Shown here: positions 11,111-19,660 of the stretch, piece by piece
Position numbering within the stretch: the first letter of the stretch is position 1
How the letters are laid out: the number at the start of each line of letters is the position of its first letter
Assembly: GCA_963798085.1 (NCBI GenBank)
Contig: CAWCRS010000003.1
Coordinates: 713,573 to 777,572 of the forward strand
DNA: 64,000 bases
Origin: an uncultured Gemmatimonadales bacterium
GTDB lineage: Bacteria; Gemmatimonadota; Gemmatimonadetes; Longimicrobiales; RSA9
Reading direction: 5' to 3'
The notes under the pieces: generated by a model
Database searches by the model: none
Seen by the model: the letters and a program-made list of their open reading frames with translations, nothing else
What the model was told of the DNA's origin: nothing
Position numbers and translations under genes: made by a program

Positions 11111-12640
11111 TTAAGAGATGGCGGGCAATGGGGGAAGGTCCTCGACATGCAGGGCGGGAAGTCTCAGTTCGAAGCAGCTGCCGCCACCCGGGCGCGGCTG
11201 GCAGGTGACATCGCCGCCCTGTGCACGCGCCAGGCTGCGGGCAATGGCGAGGCCGAGGCCGGCGCCGCCCGTGTCGGGTGTGACGCTGAAGTGCGCGAAG
11301 GGCTCGAACACGCGTTCGGTCAGATCGGCGGGAACGCCGGGCCCGCGGTCCAGTACGCTGATGAGGAGGGCCTCCGCCTGCTGTTCGACGCGCACTTCGA
11401 CCTGCGATCCCGGCGCTGAGAACTTGAGTCCGTTCTCGAGCAGATTCACGAGGGCGCGCAGCGTCTGCACGAAGTCGAAGCGGGCGAAGACGGGCTCCGC
11501 GGGCAGTTGCGTGGTGATGTCAGCGACCCGCGGGTGGCCGGCGAGTCGTTCGAGTGCAGCGCCCAGCAGATCGTCCACCGCGTTCAGCTCGGCGTGCACA
11601 GGCAGTGCGCCGGCATTGAGGCGGGAGAGGTCGAGCAGGTCCGTGACCATGCGGTTGAGCCGGTCGGCTTCCAGTTCAATGGTGGCGGCGCGCTCATCGC
11701 CCTGGCGGCGGATCTCGTGGGCCAGTGCCTTGATGGTGGTGAGGGGCGTACGCAAGTCGTGGGACACCGCGGCAATGAGTGCTTCCTTGAGGCGGTCGGC
11801 TTCGCCCAGCGCGGCGGCGCGTTCTGCCTCGCGCTCGAGGCGCAACCGCTCCACGCCGAGCGCGCCGTAGTAGCCCAGGGCTTCGATAACACGACGTTGC
11901 GTGTCGTCTGCACGCAGGTTGCTGCTGTCGGCCAGGCGCAGCACGCCCACCGTGCGGGTCCGCACCTGCAGGGGCATCAGGATGCTGCGGGCGTCGGGCT
12001 GGTCGAATGGCGAATCGCTGTGTTCGCCGGGCCGCACCACATGCATGGTGCCGTCCGCGTGCTGCACGGCCGCGCGTCCCTGCTCCGCCACCCAGGTCAG
12101 CAGCTCACCTGCGTGCAGTGTCGCCGGCGACGTGACGGGCGTCGTCGCCTGCCCCACAATGCGGAAACTGCGCGCGGCCGCATCGTACTCGTAGATCTCG
12201 CAACACTGGATATCGAGCATGGTGCGCAGCACGCGGGCCACCGCGCTGACGGCGTCCTCGGCGCGGGCGGCATTCAGTGTTTCCGCGCCCAGTGTGGCCA
12301 GCCGGTCGATCTCCTCCGCCCGGCGGCCGGCCAGAACGGTTTCGCGCTGCGCGCGGTGCAGCAGCTGCGCGGCGAGCAGTGTGGCAATCAGGAAGGCCGC
12401 CAGAACCAGCCAGTCGAGCGGCCGGGCGAGGACTAACGTGTAGTAAGGCGGCAGCAGGAAGAAGTTGAAACAGAAGAAGCACAGTACGGCCAGTGCGGCG
12501 CCGCCTCGGCGGCCGGTGCGCGCGCTGCCCGCGAGCACAACGAGCAGGTAGGCGAGCGCGAAGTTCGCCTTGTCGAGTGTGTCGCGCAGCAGCACGAGGG
12601 CGAGCGTGACCACGGCCACGACGCCGATCCAGGGCAGCAC
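11111..12640 (-). CDS. sensor histidine kinase, truncated KdpD C-terminal type (DUF4118-like TM + GAF + HisKA + HATPase)
   Basis: It has a canonical H-box (AAVSHDLRTPLT), N-box (LVNLLENGLKF), G1 (DRGPGVP) and G2 (GGAGLGLAIA). The TM block resembles the KdpD membrane domain. The track ORF starts at 12799 inside kdpE, so a GTG at 12640 is the more likely start. The start remains uncertain. Confidence 0.75.
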   Translation of the reverse strand: MLPWIGVVAVVTLALVLLRDTLDKANFALAYLLVVLAGSARTGRRGGAALAVLCFFCFNFFLLPPYYTLVLARPLDWLVLAAFLIATLLAAQLLHRAQRETVLAGRRAEEIDRLATLGAETLNAARAEDAVSAVARVLRTMLDIQCCEIYEYDAAARSFRIVGQATTPVTSPATLHAGELLTWVAEQGRAAVQHADGTMHVVRPGEHSDSPFDQPDARSILMPLQVRTRTVGVLRLADSSNLRADDTQRRVIEALGYYGALGVERLRLEREAERAAALGEADRLKEALIAAVSHDLRTPLTTIKALAHEIRRQGDERAATIELEADRLNRMVTDLLDLSRLNAGALPVHAELNAVDDLLGAALERLAGHPRVADITTQLPAEPVFARFDFVQTLRALVNLLENGLKFSAPGSQVEVRVEQQAEALLISVLDRGPGVPADLTERVFEPFAHFSVTPDTGGAGLGLAIARSLARAQGGDVTCQPRPGGGSCFELRLPALHVEDLPPLPAIS

Positions 12641-12674
12641 GCCGCGCAGGCCGCCCTGTGCGCGGGCGGCGGCA

Positions 12675-13370
12675 TCAGTCGAGCGCGCGAAACCGGTAGC
12701 CAACGCCAGGCTCGGTGAGGATGAGTCGAGGCCGCACGGGATCCTGTTCGATCTTGCGGCGCAGATTGGCGACGTGCACGCGCAGGTACGCCTGGGCATC
12801 GCCCGCGGGCTGGCGCCAGACTTCGCGGAAGATCTGCTGGTGCGTGAGCGTGCGGCCCGCGTGGCGCAGGAAGGTGCGCAGCAGATCCCACTCGGTGGGT
12901 GTCAGGTGGATTTCCTCGCCGTCGCGCGTGAGTGTGCGCCGGCCGGAGTCGATGCGCAGTCCGTCAATGCCGATTTCGTCGCGCGCAGGCGAGGCGCCCA
13001 GTTGTGCGCGGCGCAGTTGCGCACGCACCCGGGCGCGCAGCTCGGGAGGACTGAACGGCTTGGTGACGTAGTCGTCGGCGCCGGCATCGAGCAGCTCGAT
13101 CTTTTCGCGCTCGGAATGACGGGCGGAGAGCACGATGATGGGTGCGCCGGACCACTTGCGCACTTCGCGGCAGACGCTGGCGCCGGGCGCATCGGGCAGG
13201 CCGAGGTCGAGTATGATCAGCGCGGGTCCTTCGGCGGCGGCGAGGTCGATGCCGGCGCGGGCCGAGTCGGCCTCGAGCACGTGCAGCCCTTCCTCTTCCA
13301 GCACGTGGCGCACGACGCGGCGGATCTGCGGCTCGTCATCAATGACGAGGACCCTGCCGGTTTCCGTCAT
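12675..13370 (-). CDS. kdpE: OmpR-family response regulator (KdpE-like)
   Basis: Receiver domain (VLVIDDEPQIRR ... LIILDLGLPD) plus a winged-helix C-terminus (LTPTEWDLLR ... GVGYRF). The internal ATG at 13370 is taken as the start. The track ORF extends to 13493. Confidence 0.85.
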   Translation of the reverse strand: MTETGRVLVIDDEPQIRRVVRHVLEEEGLHVLEADSARAGIDLAAAEGPALIILDLGLPDAPGASVCREVRKWSGAPIIVLSARHSEREKIELLDAGADDYVTKPFSPPELRARVRAQLRRAQLGASPARDEIGIDGLRIDSGRRTLTRDGEEIHLTPTEWDLLRTFLRHAGRTLTHQQIFREVWRQPAGDAQAYLRVHVANLRRKIEQDPVRPRLILTEPGVGYRFRALD

Positions 13371-13716
13371 GGTCGAACTCCGCTCGGATGAAGCCTGCGC
13401 GGGAGATGTTAGCCGGTTCGGGGGTTGCCGCCAGTCAGGCGGTGGCTCGGCGCGCCGAATCGTGATCTTGCGGCCCCCCTCCACCCGATACATATGTTGA
13501 GGAGTCCGGACTGAGTTCCGGCGTCATGCCCGTGAGGAAGCCCGCCTCCCGGCGTACGGACTGTGCGCAAACTGCGCCCGGTCCGTTTCTTTCCGCGCGA
13601 CATCGTTCATCCCGAAGTCGGGCTGAGGCCTGTCCATGGCGGCTTCCCGGTCGAAATGCGTCCGGGATCGCTGGTAGTGGCGGCGCGGTTCCTTCACCGG
13701 TGTGGAGGATGGTCCT

Positions 13717-16700
13717 ATGAGTGGCAGGTGGCGGACGGGGAGCCGCTTCCGGCGGGTCGCGGCGATTTCGCTGGCGGCACTGTCGGTGGTGGTGGCGACG
13801 GCACTGTCCGCGATCTCGTGCGCGCAATCGGTAACGGACGAGCGCGGCGGACCGGGCCTGCGCATTGTTCCGGATTCAGTCGACCTTTTCCTCGGCGATA
13901 ATGTTCAGTTAAGCGTTCTCGGGTCCACGCAATCCGCAGTCTGGTCGAGCAACAACGCACAGGTCGCCACCGTCGTCGGCAGTACCGGTTACGTGACTGC
14001 GGTGGGACCGGGCACCGCGGGCATTACCGCTGTGGCCGGCTCCGCGTCGGCAACAGCCAGAGTGCGAGTCGATCTGCGGCCAGCGATCGGTTTCTCCAGC
14101 CCGGGCGTGGATTTCACCGTCGTGCGCGGACAGGCGGACCCTCCGCCGCAGACGGTTCACATTGGCAACACGGGTGGCGCCACACTCAGCGCGCTCTCGA
14201 TTACGGGGATCCAGTACGGCGAGGGGCAGCCGAGCGGCTGGCTGCAGGCGACACTGACCAGCGCCAATCTGCCCAGCGACCTCGTGCTCACAGCCAGGTC
14301 AGCGGGGCTGGATGCCGGCACGTACACGGCTTCGGTGCGGGTCCAGGCGGGCGCGGCATCCAACTCGCCGCAGAACATCGGCGTCAGGCTAACGATCACC
14401 CCCGCGGCCACGATCGAGCTGAGCACGACCGACGTGAACTTCTCGGCCGTCGTGAACGGGCCGGATCCCTCGCCACAACAAGTGACGGTGAGCAATGGCA
14501 CGACAGCAACGACGCTCGACGGGCTGGACCGCAGTATTACCTACGGCGCGGGCCAGCCCGCAGGCTGGCTGACGGCGACACTGAGCGGTGCACAGGCTCC
14601 GTCGATCCTGCGGCTGCAAGCCGCAGTCGCGGGGCTTCCGGCCGGCACGTATGCAGCCACCGTGACGCTGCATACGAATCAGGCGGGTGTGGCTGCGCGT
14701 TCACTGACCGTTGGTTTGACGGTTTCCAGCGTGCGAGTCGCCAGCACCGCGATTGCTCCCAAGAGCGTAACGCTCGACCTGGGCGGCACGTTCCAGTTCA
14801 CGGCGACGGCCCGGGATGGCGCAGGTAACACGCTGTCAGGCAGGCAAACGACGTGGACAGCGCGGGATCCGGCCATCGCGCGGGTCGACAGCGGTGGCCT
14901 GGTGCGGGCCGTGGCGGCAGGTGTGACGTTCATCGTGGCCGATGTCGAGGGAGTGCGGGACAGCGCCGAGGTCACGGTGTCCGCCCCGGCACTCACGGTA
15001 GCGCCCGCACAGGTCCAGCTTTCGGCGCAGATGGGCAGTAATCCGCAGCCCGTGACTGCCACGATCGCGAGTGCGGGCAACAGTGTGATCCAGGGATTGC
15101 GAGTGGCGGCCATCGCGTATGGTGGCGCGGCGCAGGGCTGGCTGCTGCCAACGCTCAATGCAGCGACCACGCCGGCGCTGCTCCATCTGTCCGCGAATGT
15201 GGCCCAGCTCGCGGCCGGCACGTACACGGCCTCGCTGACGATCGCCTCGGACCAGCCCGGCGTCACACCGGCCACGCTGAGCGTCAGCCTCGTGCTCACG
15301 TCACAGTCCAGCCCACCGCACATTCACGTGACGAGTGCAGCGCTCGTGTTCAGCGGTGCAGCGGGAGGCACGGATCCTCAGCCACAATCGATCGGGATCA
15401 GCAATAGTGGCGGCGGCGCGCTGACGGGTCTCAGCGTCGACTATGCCGGCAGCAAGCCAGCGTGGCTCGATGCGTCGCTCAGCAGCAGTAATGCGCCGGC
15501 GAATCTCACCGTGCAGACGCATGTTACCGGGTTGGCCGCGGGAAGCTACACGGCCGGCGTGCTCATCTCTTCAGCGCTGGCCGACAATTCGCCGGTGCAG
15601 GTGGCGGTGACACTGAACGTGACTGCGGCAGCGACCACGACACTCTCGGTCACGGGGGGCGGCGCGGGTAACGGCAGTGTTGGTTCGGCGCCGGGCGGCA
15701 TCAGCTGCACGATCACGGCGGGCGCGGCGGGCGCGAGTGGCTGCAGCGCAGCCTTCCCCACGGGCACGTCGGTGACCCTGACCGCCACACCCGCAACAGG
15801 ATTCGACTTCGTCGGCTGGAATGGCGGGTGCGCGGGGCCGGCGGCCGCATGCGTGGTCACGATGAACAGCAATCAGTCAGTGAGCGCGACGTTCGAGTCG
15901 TCGAGCGCGACGTCGTTCCCGGTCACGATCGGTGCCAACAGCAGCGATGGCGCAGGCGAGGTCTATAGCACGTCTGGCTCCGGCTTCATCGACTGCTTCT
16001 TCCGCGACGGCGGGGGCGCGGGCACGGGCAACTGCACGGGCGATTTTCCGCGCGGTGACACGGTGGTGCTCACGGTGTATCGCGTGCCCGGATTCGTCGG
16101 GAGTCCTGATGACGAGTTCCTGGGCTGGGGCGGTGATTGCGCGGGAGCGGGCGCGGCGTCGGACTGCAGGCTCGTGATGGATCGCAGCCACAACGTGACG
16201 GCGAGATTTCGCGCGGTGTACGGCATCCACGTGAAGCGGCCGACGACGCAGCTTGCCGGGCTCACATCCGAGGCGGGCCGGATCGTCTCCGATCCAGCGG
16301 GGATCGATTGCACGTTCGTGGAGGACTTTCTGCACCTTCAGACCAGTGGTACCTGCGACCTGGCAGTGTACAGCCATACGCCCGTCCGGCTCACCATGAT
16401 CGGCGCGGACACGACAGCGTATGTCGGGTTGTTCCGCGGCCCAGGCTGCCAGACCGTGGCGAACCCGTGCTCCTTCGTCAGCACGGATGTCGATTTCTAT
16501 CCGATCTTCGCGCTGACCGACATCACTCTCTGGCCCGGTGTGACGGTGGGCACGGGCCATGTCACGTCGACGCCCGCGGGTGTGGATTGTATCGTGCCCG
16601 GCTTGTGCACATCGCCGCCCTTCAAGCGCGGCACGAGCGTGACGCTGATGGCGCAGCCGGACGCGAGCTCATTGTTCATCAGCTGGACCGGCGACTGCAC

Positions 16701-17379
16701 GGGCACGGCGCTGACGTGCACCATGGTGATGGACGCGCCCAAGACCGTGAGTGCGAACTTCGGTCCACTCACGCCGCTGATTCATCTTTCCAGCCCATCA
16801 CTCACGTTCGAGGCGAGGCCGGGCACGGTGACGGCAGCGCAGATCGTGAACATCACGAACGCGGGCATCGACACGGTGCGCGGTCTCACGGTGACAGTGC
16901 CGTCCTGGATCACGGCTTCGCTGAACAGCACGAAAACGCCGGCCACGCTCACCCTCACCGCCAATGCCGCGGGTCTGCCCAACGGCACGCAGAACGGCAC
17001 AGTCAGCGTGTCCTCGAGCAACGCGAGCAATTCGCCGCAGCCGATCCTGGTCCGCTTCGACATCGGCTATTCGTTCTCGCAGGACATTCTCCCGGCACTG
17101 GGCGCCACCACATTCAGCGGGTATCCGGGCGTGGCGGTGGTCGCGTGTGCGAGCTGCCACCGCTCGCCGCCGGTCAATGGTGCGCATTCCGACTTCACCA
17201 GTTATGCGGGTGTGCTGACGCAGGTCAGTCCGGGTGACCCGAACAGCAGCCCGCTGGTCCAGCGGATGGTGCTGCCGGCCGGGTCGGCGGGCGCGATGTC
17301 GCCGAGCGGGCAGCGCCATCCCCAGGGCATCATCGACATGATCAGGGACTGGATCCTGCAGGGTGCACGGGCCAACTGA
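13717..17379 (+). CDS. large secreted/lipoprotein-like repeat protein: Big_2 domains, five ~105-aa Ig-like repeats, four Cys-containing ~90-aa repeats, C-terminal CxxCH haem domain
   Basis: A GGAGGA sits 8 nt upstream of the ATG at 13717. The signal ends in ...LSAISCAQS. Repeats share the pattern P.P(Q)..V.(I/V)SN.G...L.GL...I.Y..G...GWL.A.L......P..L.L......L.AGTY.A.V.... The other repeat type has the pattern G.V.S.P.GI.C...C...F..GT.V.L.A.P...F..W.G.C.G...C...M. The tail carries CASCH (17146-17160) and ends ...IDMIRDWILQGA, like the planctomycete-type cytochrome c domain. Confidence 0.7.
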   Translation: MSGRWRTGSRFRRVAAISLAALSVVVATALSAISCAQSVTDERGGPGLRIVPDSVDLFLGDNVQLSVLGSTQSAVWSSNNAQVATVVGSTGYVTAVGPGTAGITAVAGSASATARVRVDLRPAIGFSSPGVDFTVVRGQADPPPQTVHIGNTGGATLSALSITGIQYGEGQPSGWLQATLTSANLPSDLVLTARSAGLDAGTYTASVRVQAGAASNSPQNIGVRLTITPAATIELSTTDVNFSAVVNGPDPSPQQVTVSNGTTATTLDGLDRSITYGAGQPAGWLTATLSGAQAPSILRLQAAVAGLPAGTYAATVTLHTNQAGVAARSLTVGLTVSSVRVASTAIAPKSVTLDLGGTFQFTATARDGAGNTLSGRQTTWTARDPAIARVDSGGLVRAVAAGVTFIVADVEGVRDSAEVTVSAPALTVAPAQVQLSAQMGSNPQPVTATIASAGNSVIQGLRVAAIAYGGAAQGWLLPTLNAATTPALLHLSANVAQLAAGTYTASLTIASDQPGVTPATLSVSLVLTSQSSPPHIHVTSAALVFSGAAGGTDPQPQSIGISNSGGGALTGLSVDYAGSKPAWLDASLSSSNAPANLTVQTHVTGLAAGSYTAGVLISSALADNSPVQVAVTLNVTAAATTTLSVTGGGAGNGSVGSAPGGISCTITAGAAGASGCSAAFPTGTSVTLTATPATGFDFVGWNGGCAGPAAACVVTMNSNQSVSATFESSSATSFPVTIGANSSDGAGEVYSTSGSGFIDCFFRDGGGAGTGNCTGDFPRGDTVVLTVYRVPGFVGSPDDEFLGWGGDCAGAGAASDCRLVMDRSHNVTARFRAVYGIHVKRPTTQLAGLTSEAGRIVSDPAGIDCTFVEDFLHLQTSGTCDLAVYSHTPVRLTMIGADTTAYVGLFRGPGCQTVANPCSFVSTDVDFYPIFALTDITLWPGVTVGTGHVTSTPAGVDCIVPGLCTSPPFKRGTSVTLMAQPDASSLFISWTGDCTGTALTCTMVMDAPKTVSANFGPLTPLIHLSSPSLTFEARPGTVTAAQIVNITNAGIDTVRGLTVTVPSWITASLNSTKTPATLTLTANAAGLPNGTQNGTVSVSSSNASNSPQPILVRFDIGYSFSQDILPALGATTFSGYPGVAVVACASCHRSPPVNGAHSDFTSYAGVLTQVSPGDPNSSPLVQRMVLPAGSAGAMSPSGQRHPQGIIDMIRDWILQGARAN

Positions 17380-17445
17380 TGGCTGTACTAACTAACTGTC
17401 AGGAATACGCGGTGGCGGCGGGGCGCGAATCGTGAGGCGTGCACG

Positions 17446-18135
17446 TCAGCGGCGCAGGAAGATCTCGTCGGCCACGGCCTGGCGGCTGGTGCGATCGGCA
17501 ATGGACGCTCCGGGATCGAAGACATCGTGTTTGACAGCCGGGATCGCGGTTCCGGCTGGTGCGGGCGCTTCCGCGGGCGTTGCGGATGCGGCGTCGGCAT
17601 TGGCGGACGGGACGTCGCCCAGCAGCAGGTTCTGATCAATGAGACCGGCCAGCTCCTGCATGCGGTCTTCCAGATCCTTGAGTACGGCGCCGGCATAACC
17701 GAGCTGTTGTGCCGCAATGTCCTGGAACTGCAGTGCACCGATGGCGTGGTGCAGCTCATCGCGGATCTGGCTGGGAATGGCGCCGGCCTCGGCATCCTTC
17801 TGTTCGAGCCGGTCGACGTGCCGCAGTGCGCGGTCGAGTGCATTGAGGATGTTGTTCGCCGCGGTCTCGGTGACGGAGGTGACTTCGGCCAGTTTCGAGT
17901 GAGTGCTCTGGATGCGATCCCCGGTAGCATGCTCGATCATGGTGCGGCTGCGGTGCAGCGCCTGGTGCATGTTGAGGATTTCGGAGTATGCGCGCTGCAG
18001 GACCTTGAGCGAGCCGCCGGCGGTGCTGGCTTCGTCCGACGCAGCGCCGCCCAGTTCCCGCGCGATTTCGTCGGCCAGTCGCAGGCTGACAGCCGAATCG
18101 AGCAGCTTGTCCTCGGGCACATTGCGCTGGCTCAT
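17446..18135 (-). CDS. CheZ-like CheY-P phosphatase (remote)
   Basis: 229-aa helical protein directly downstream of cheY. It contains the motif IGALQFQDIAAQQL, which matches the CheZ active-site D-x3-Q context (FQDLTGQ in E. coli). Confidence 0.5.
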   Translation of the reverse strand: MSQRNVPEDKLLDSAVSLRLADEIARELGGAASDEASTAGGSLKVLQRAYSEILNMHQALHRSRTMIEHATGDRIQSTHSKLAEVTSVTETAANNILNALDRALRHVDRLEQKDAEAGAIPSQIRDELHHAIGALQFQDIAAQQLGYAGAVLKDLEDRMQELAGLIDQNLLLGDVPSANADAASATPAEAPAPAGTAIPAVKHDVFDPGASIADRTSRQAVADEIFLRR

Positions 18136-18140
18136 GGGGC

Positions 18141-18503
18141 TCAGTTGCCGAAGACCTGGTCCATCTTCTCCTTCAGCACTTCAGGCGTGAAGGGCTTGAC
18201 CACGTAGTTGTTGACGCCCGCCTGTGCCGCCTGGAGAATGTCTTCACGCACACTGCGCGTGGTGACCATGATGATCTTGACCGCCGCCGCGTCGGGCCGC
18301 GCGCGCAGCGCGCGCACGAGGTCGAGACCGCTCATGTTGGGCATGTTCCAGTCCGCCAGCACGCAGGTGACGGACGGGTCGAAGCGTTCCAGGGCTTCCG
18401 TGCCGTCGGAGGCTTCGACGTAATCATCGTACCCCAGGCGTTGCAGGGTGTTGATGATGATGCGCCGCATGGTTGCGGAGTCATCGACGACGAGCACACG
18501 CAT
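18141..18503 (-). CDS. cheY: chemotaxis response regulator CheY
   Basis: 120-aa single receiver domain with DD (VVDDS), phospho-Asp (LADWNMP), T (MVTT) and K (VVKPF). Confidence 0.9.
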   Translation of the reverse strand: MRVLVVDDSATMRRIIINTLQRLGYDDYVEASDGTEALERFDPSVTCVLADWNMPNMSGLDLVRALRARPDAAAVKIIMVTTRSVREDILQAAQAGVNNYVVKPFTPEVLKEKMDQVFGN

Positions 18504-18526
18504 GACTGGCCTGTCTGCCCTGAGGG

Positions 18527-18838
18527 TCAGAGATCGCCGCGCTCCACGATCCGACGCATCACTTCATCGGCGACAGTGCTGCTATCGTGTGCGCGTTCCT
18601 GGATGCGACGACGCAGTTCGAGCAGCTGCTCGCCGGGGAGTGTGCCGCTGGGCACGTCGCTGCCTTCGCTGCCAGCCGCGCGGGCGCGGGCTTCGTCGGA
18701 GATTTCGACGCGGTCATCGACTTCGCCGCGAACCGCATCAGCGGCTGTGTTATCGGCGCGCGCGTCACTGCGCACGGGCCGGGCCGGTGTCAGCGGCCGG
18801 GGCTCGACTGGATCGGGACGAAGGTTCTTGATGTCCAT
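18527..18838 (-). CDS. flgM: anti-sigma-28 factor FlgM-like
   Basis: 103-aa acidic, disordered-looking protein with a C-terminal helical segment (LLELRRRIQERAHDSSTVADEVMRRIVE). It lies in the late flagellar operon. Confidence 0.5.
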   Translation of the reverse strand: MDIKNLRPDPVEPRPLTPARPVRSDARADNTAADAVRGEVDDRVEISDEARARAAGSEGSDVPSGTLPGEQLLELRRRIQERAHDSSTVADEVMRRIVERGDL

Positions 18839-18885
18839 GGCTCCTCCTCGGACTCCATCTTCGGCGGCTGTATCCGAATCTGTAG

Positions 18886-19248
18886 TTACAGGCTGAAATC
18901 GACGCGGGCGCCGGTGGGCGTGGCTCCCGCGTACGACTTGATGGCCGCGCGATTCCCATCGACCTGCTTCGCCGCGGCCAGACTCCGGGCGTGCAGTGCC
19001 TCCATGCGGGCGCGCAACCGAACATCGGCTTCCAGACAGGACTCGATCTGGCGCCGTACTTCGACCGCTTCTTCGGCCGATACTTCGTCTTCGTCCTGCA
19101 ATGTCATGATGGCCGCGGCGAGGCGGTCGCGCTCGTCGGCCAGCGATTCGAAGCCTGACTCATCGCCCGCCTCGACGGCGGCCAGCTGGGCCGCGATCAG
19201 TGTGGCGTAGCGGCCGTACGCATCGGCAATGCGTCGCGGCGCGCGCAT
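18886..19248 (-). CDS. small helical flagellar-locus protein (FliT/FlgN-like position)
   Basis: 120 aa. Its start overlaps the fliS stop. The call rests on synteny (fliD-fliS-X) only. Confidence 0.35.
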   Translation of the reverse strand: MRAPRRIADAYGRYATLIAAQLAAVEAGDESGFESLADERDRLAAAIMTLQDEDEVSAEEAVEVRRQIESCLEADVRLRARMEALHARSLAAAKQVDGNRAAIKSYAGATPTGARVDFSL

Positions 19249-19649
19249 CAGATGGCGCCTTCTGCGATGGGTGCGCTGGTAGAGCTGGCGGCGCGCTGCC
19301 AGGACTCGTGCAGTGAAGCGACGAGTGCAGTGACGCGTTCCAGCTGCGGGACATCAGGCTTGCGCGCCACGGCGCCGATCTCGCCGAGGAAATACGCGTA
19401 CAGTGCCGCCAGGCGAGAGGACAGCTCGCCACCCGCCTGGAAGTCGAGTGAGGACAGCAGCTCGGCGACAATATCGCTCGCCCTGGCCAGACTGTTCAGG
19501 CGGCCCTCAATGTCGTTGGCGCGGATCTGTTCCGCAGCCTGACGCAGCGAGACCAGCAGGTGCTCGTAGAGGAGCACGACCAGCTGCTGCGGATTGCTGC
19601 TCATCACGCGGGACTGCCGGTATGCTGCGACGCCGGTCGGGTTCTTCAT
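19248..19649 (-). CDS. fliS: flagellin-specific chaperone FliS
   Basis: FliS family sequence (AYRQSRVMSSNPQQLVVLLYEHLL ... LYAYFLGEI). The ATG at 19649 is preceded by GGAGG. The track ORF extends to 19709. Confidence 0.85.
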   Translation of the reverse strand: MKNPTGVAAYRQSRVMSSNPQQLVVLLYEHLLVSLRQAAEQIRANDIEGRLNSLARASDIVAELLSSLDFQAGGELSSRLAALYAYFLGEIGAVARKPDVPQLERVTALVASLHESWQRAASSTSAPIAEGAI

Positions 19650-19660
19650 GGCTCGCCTCC

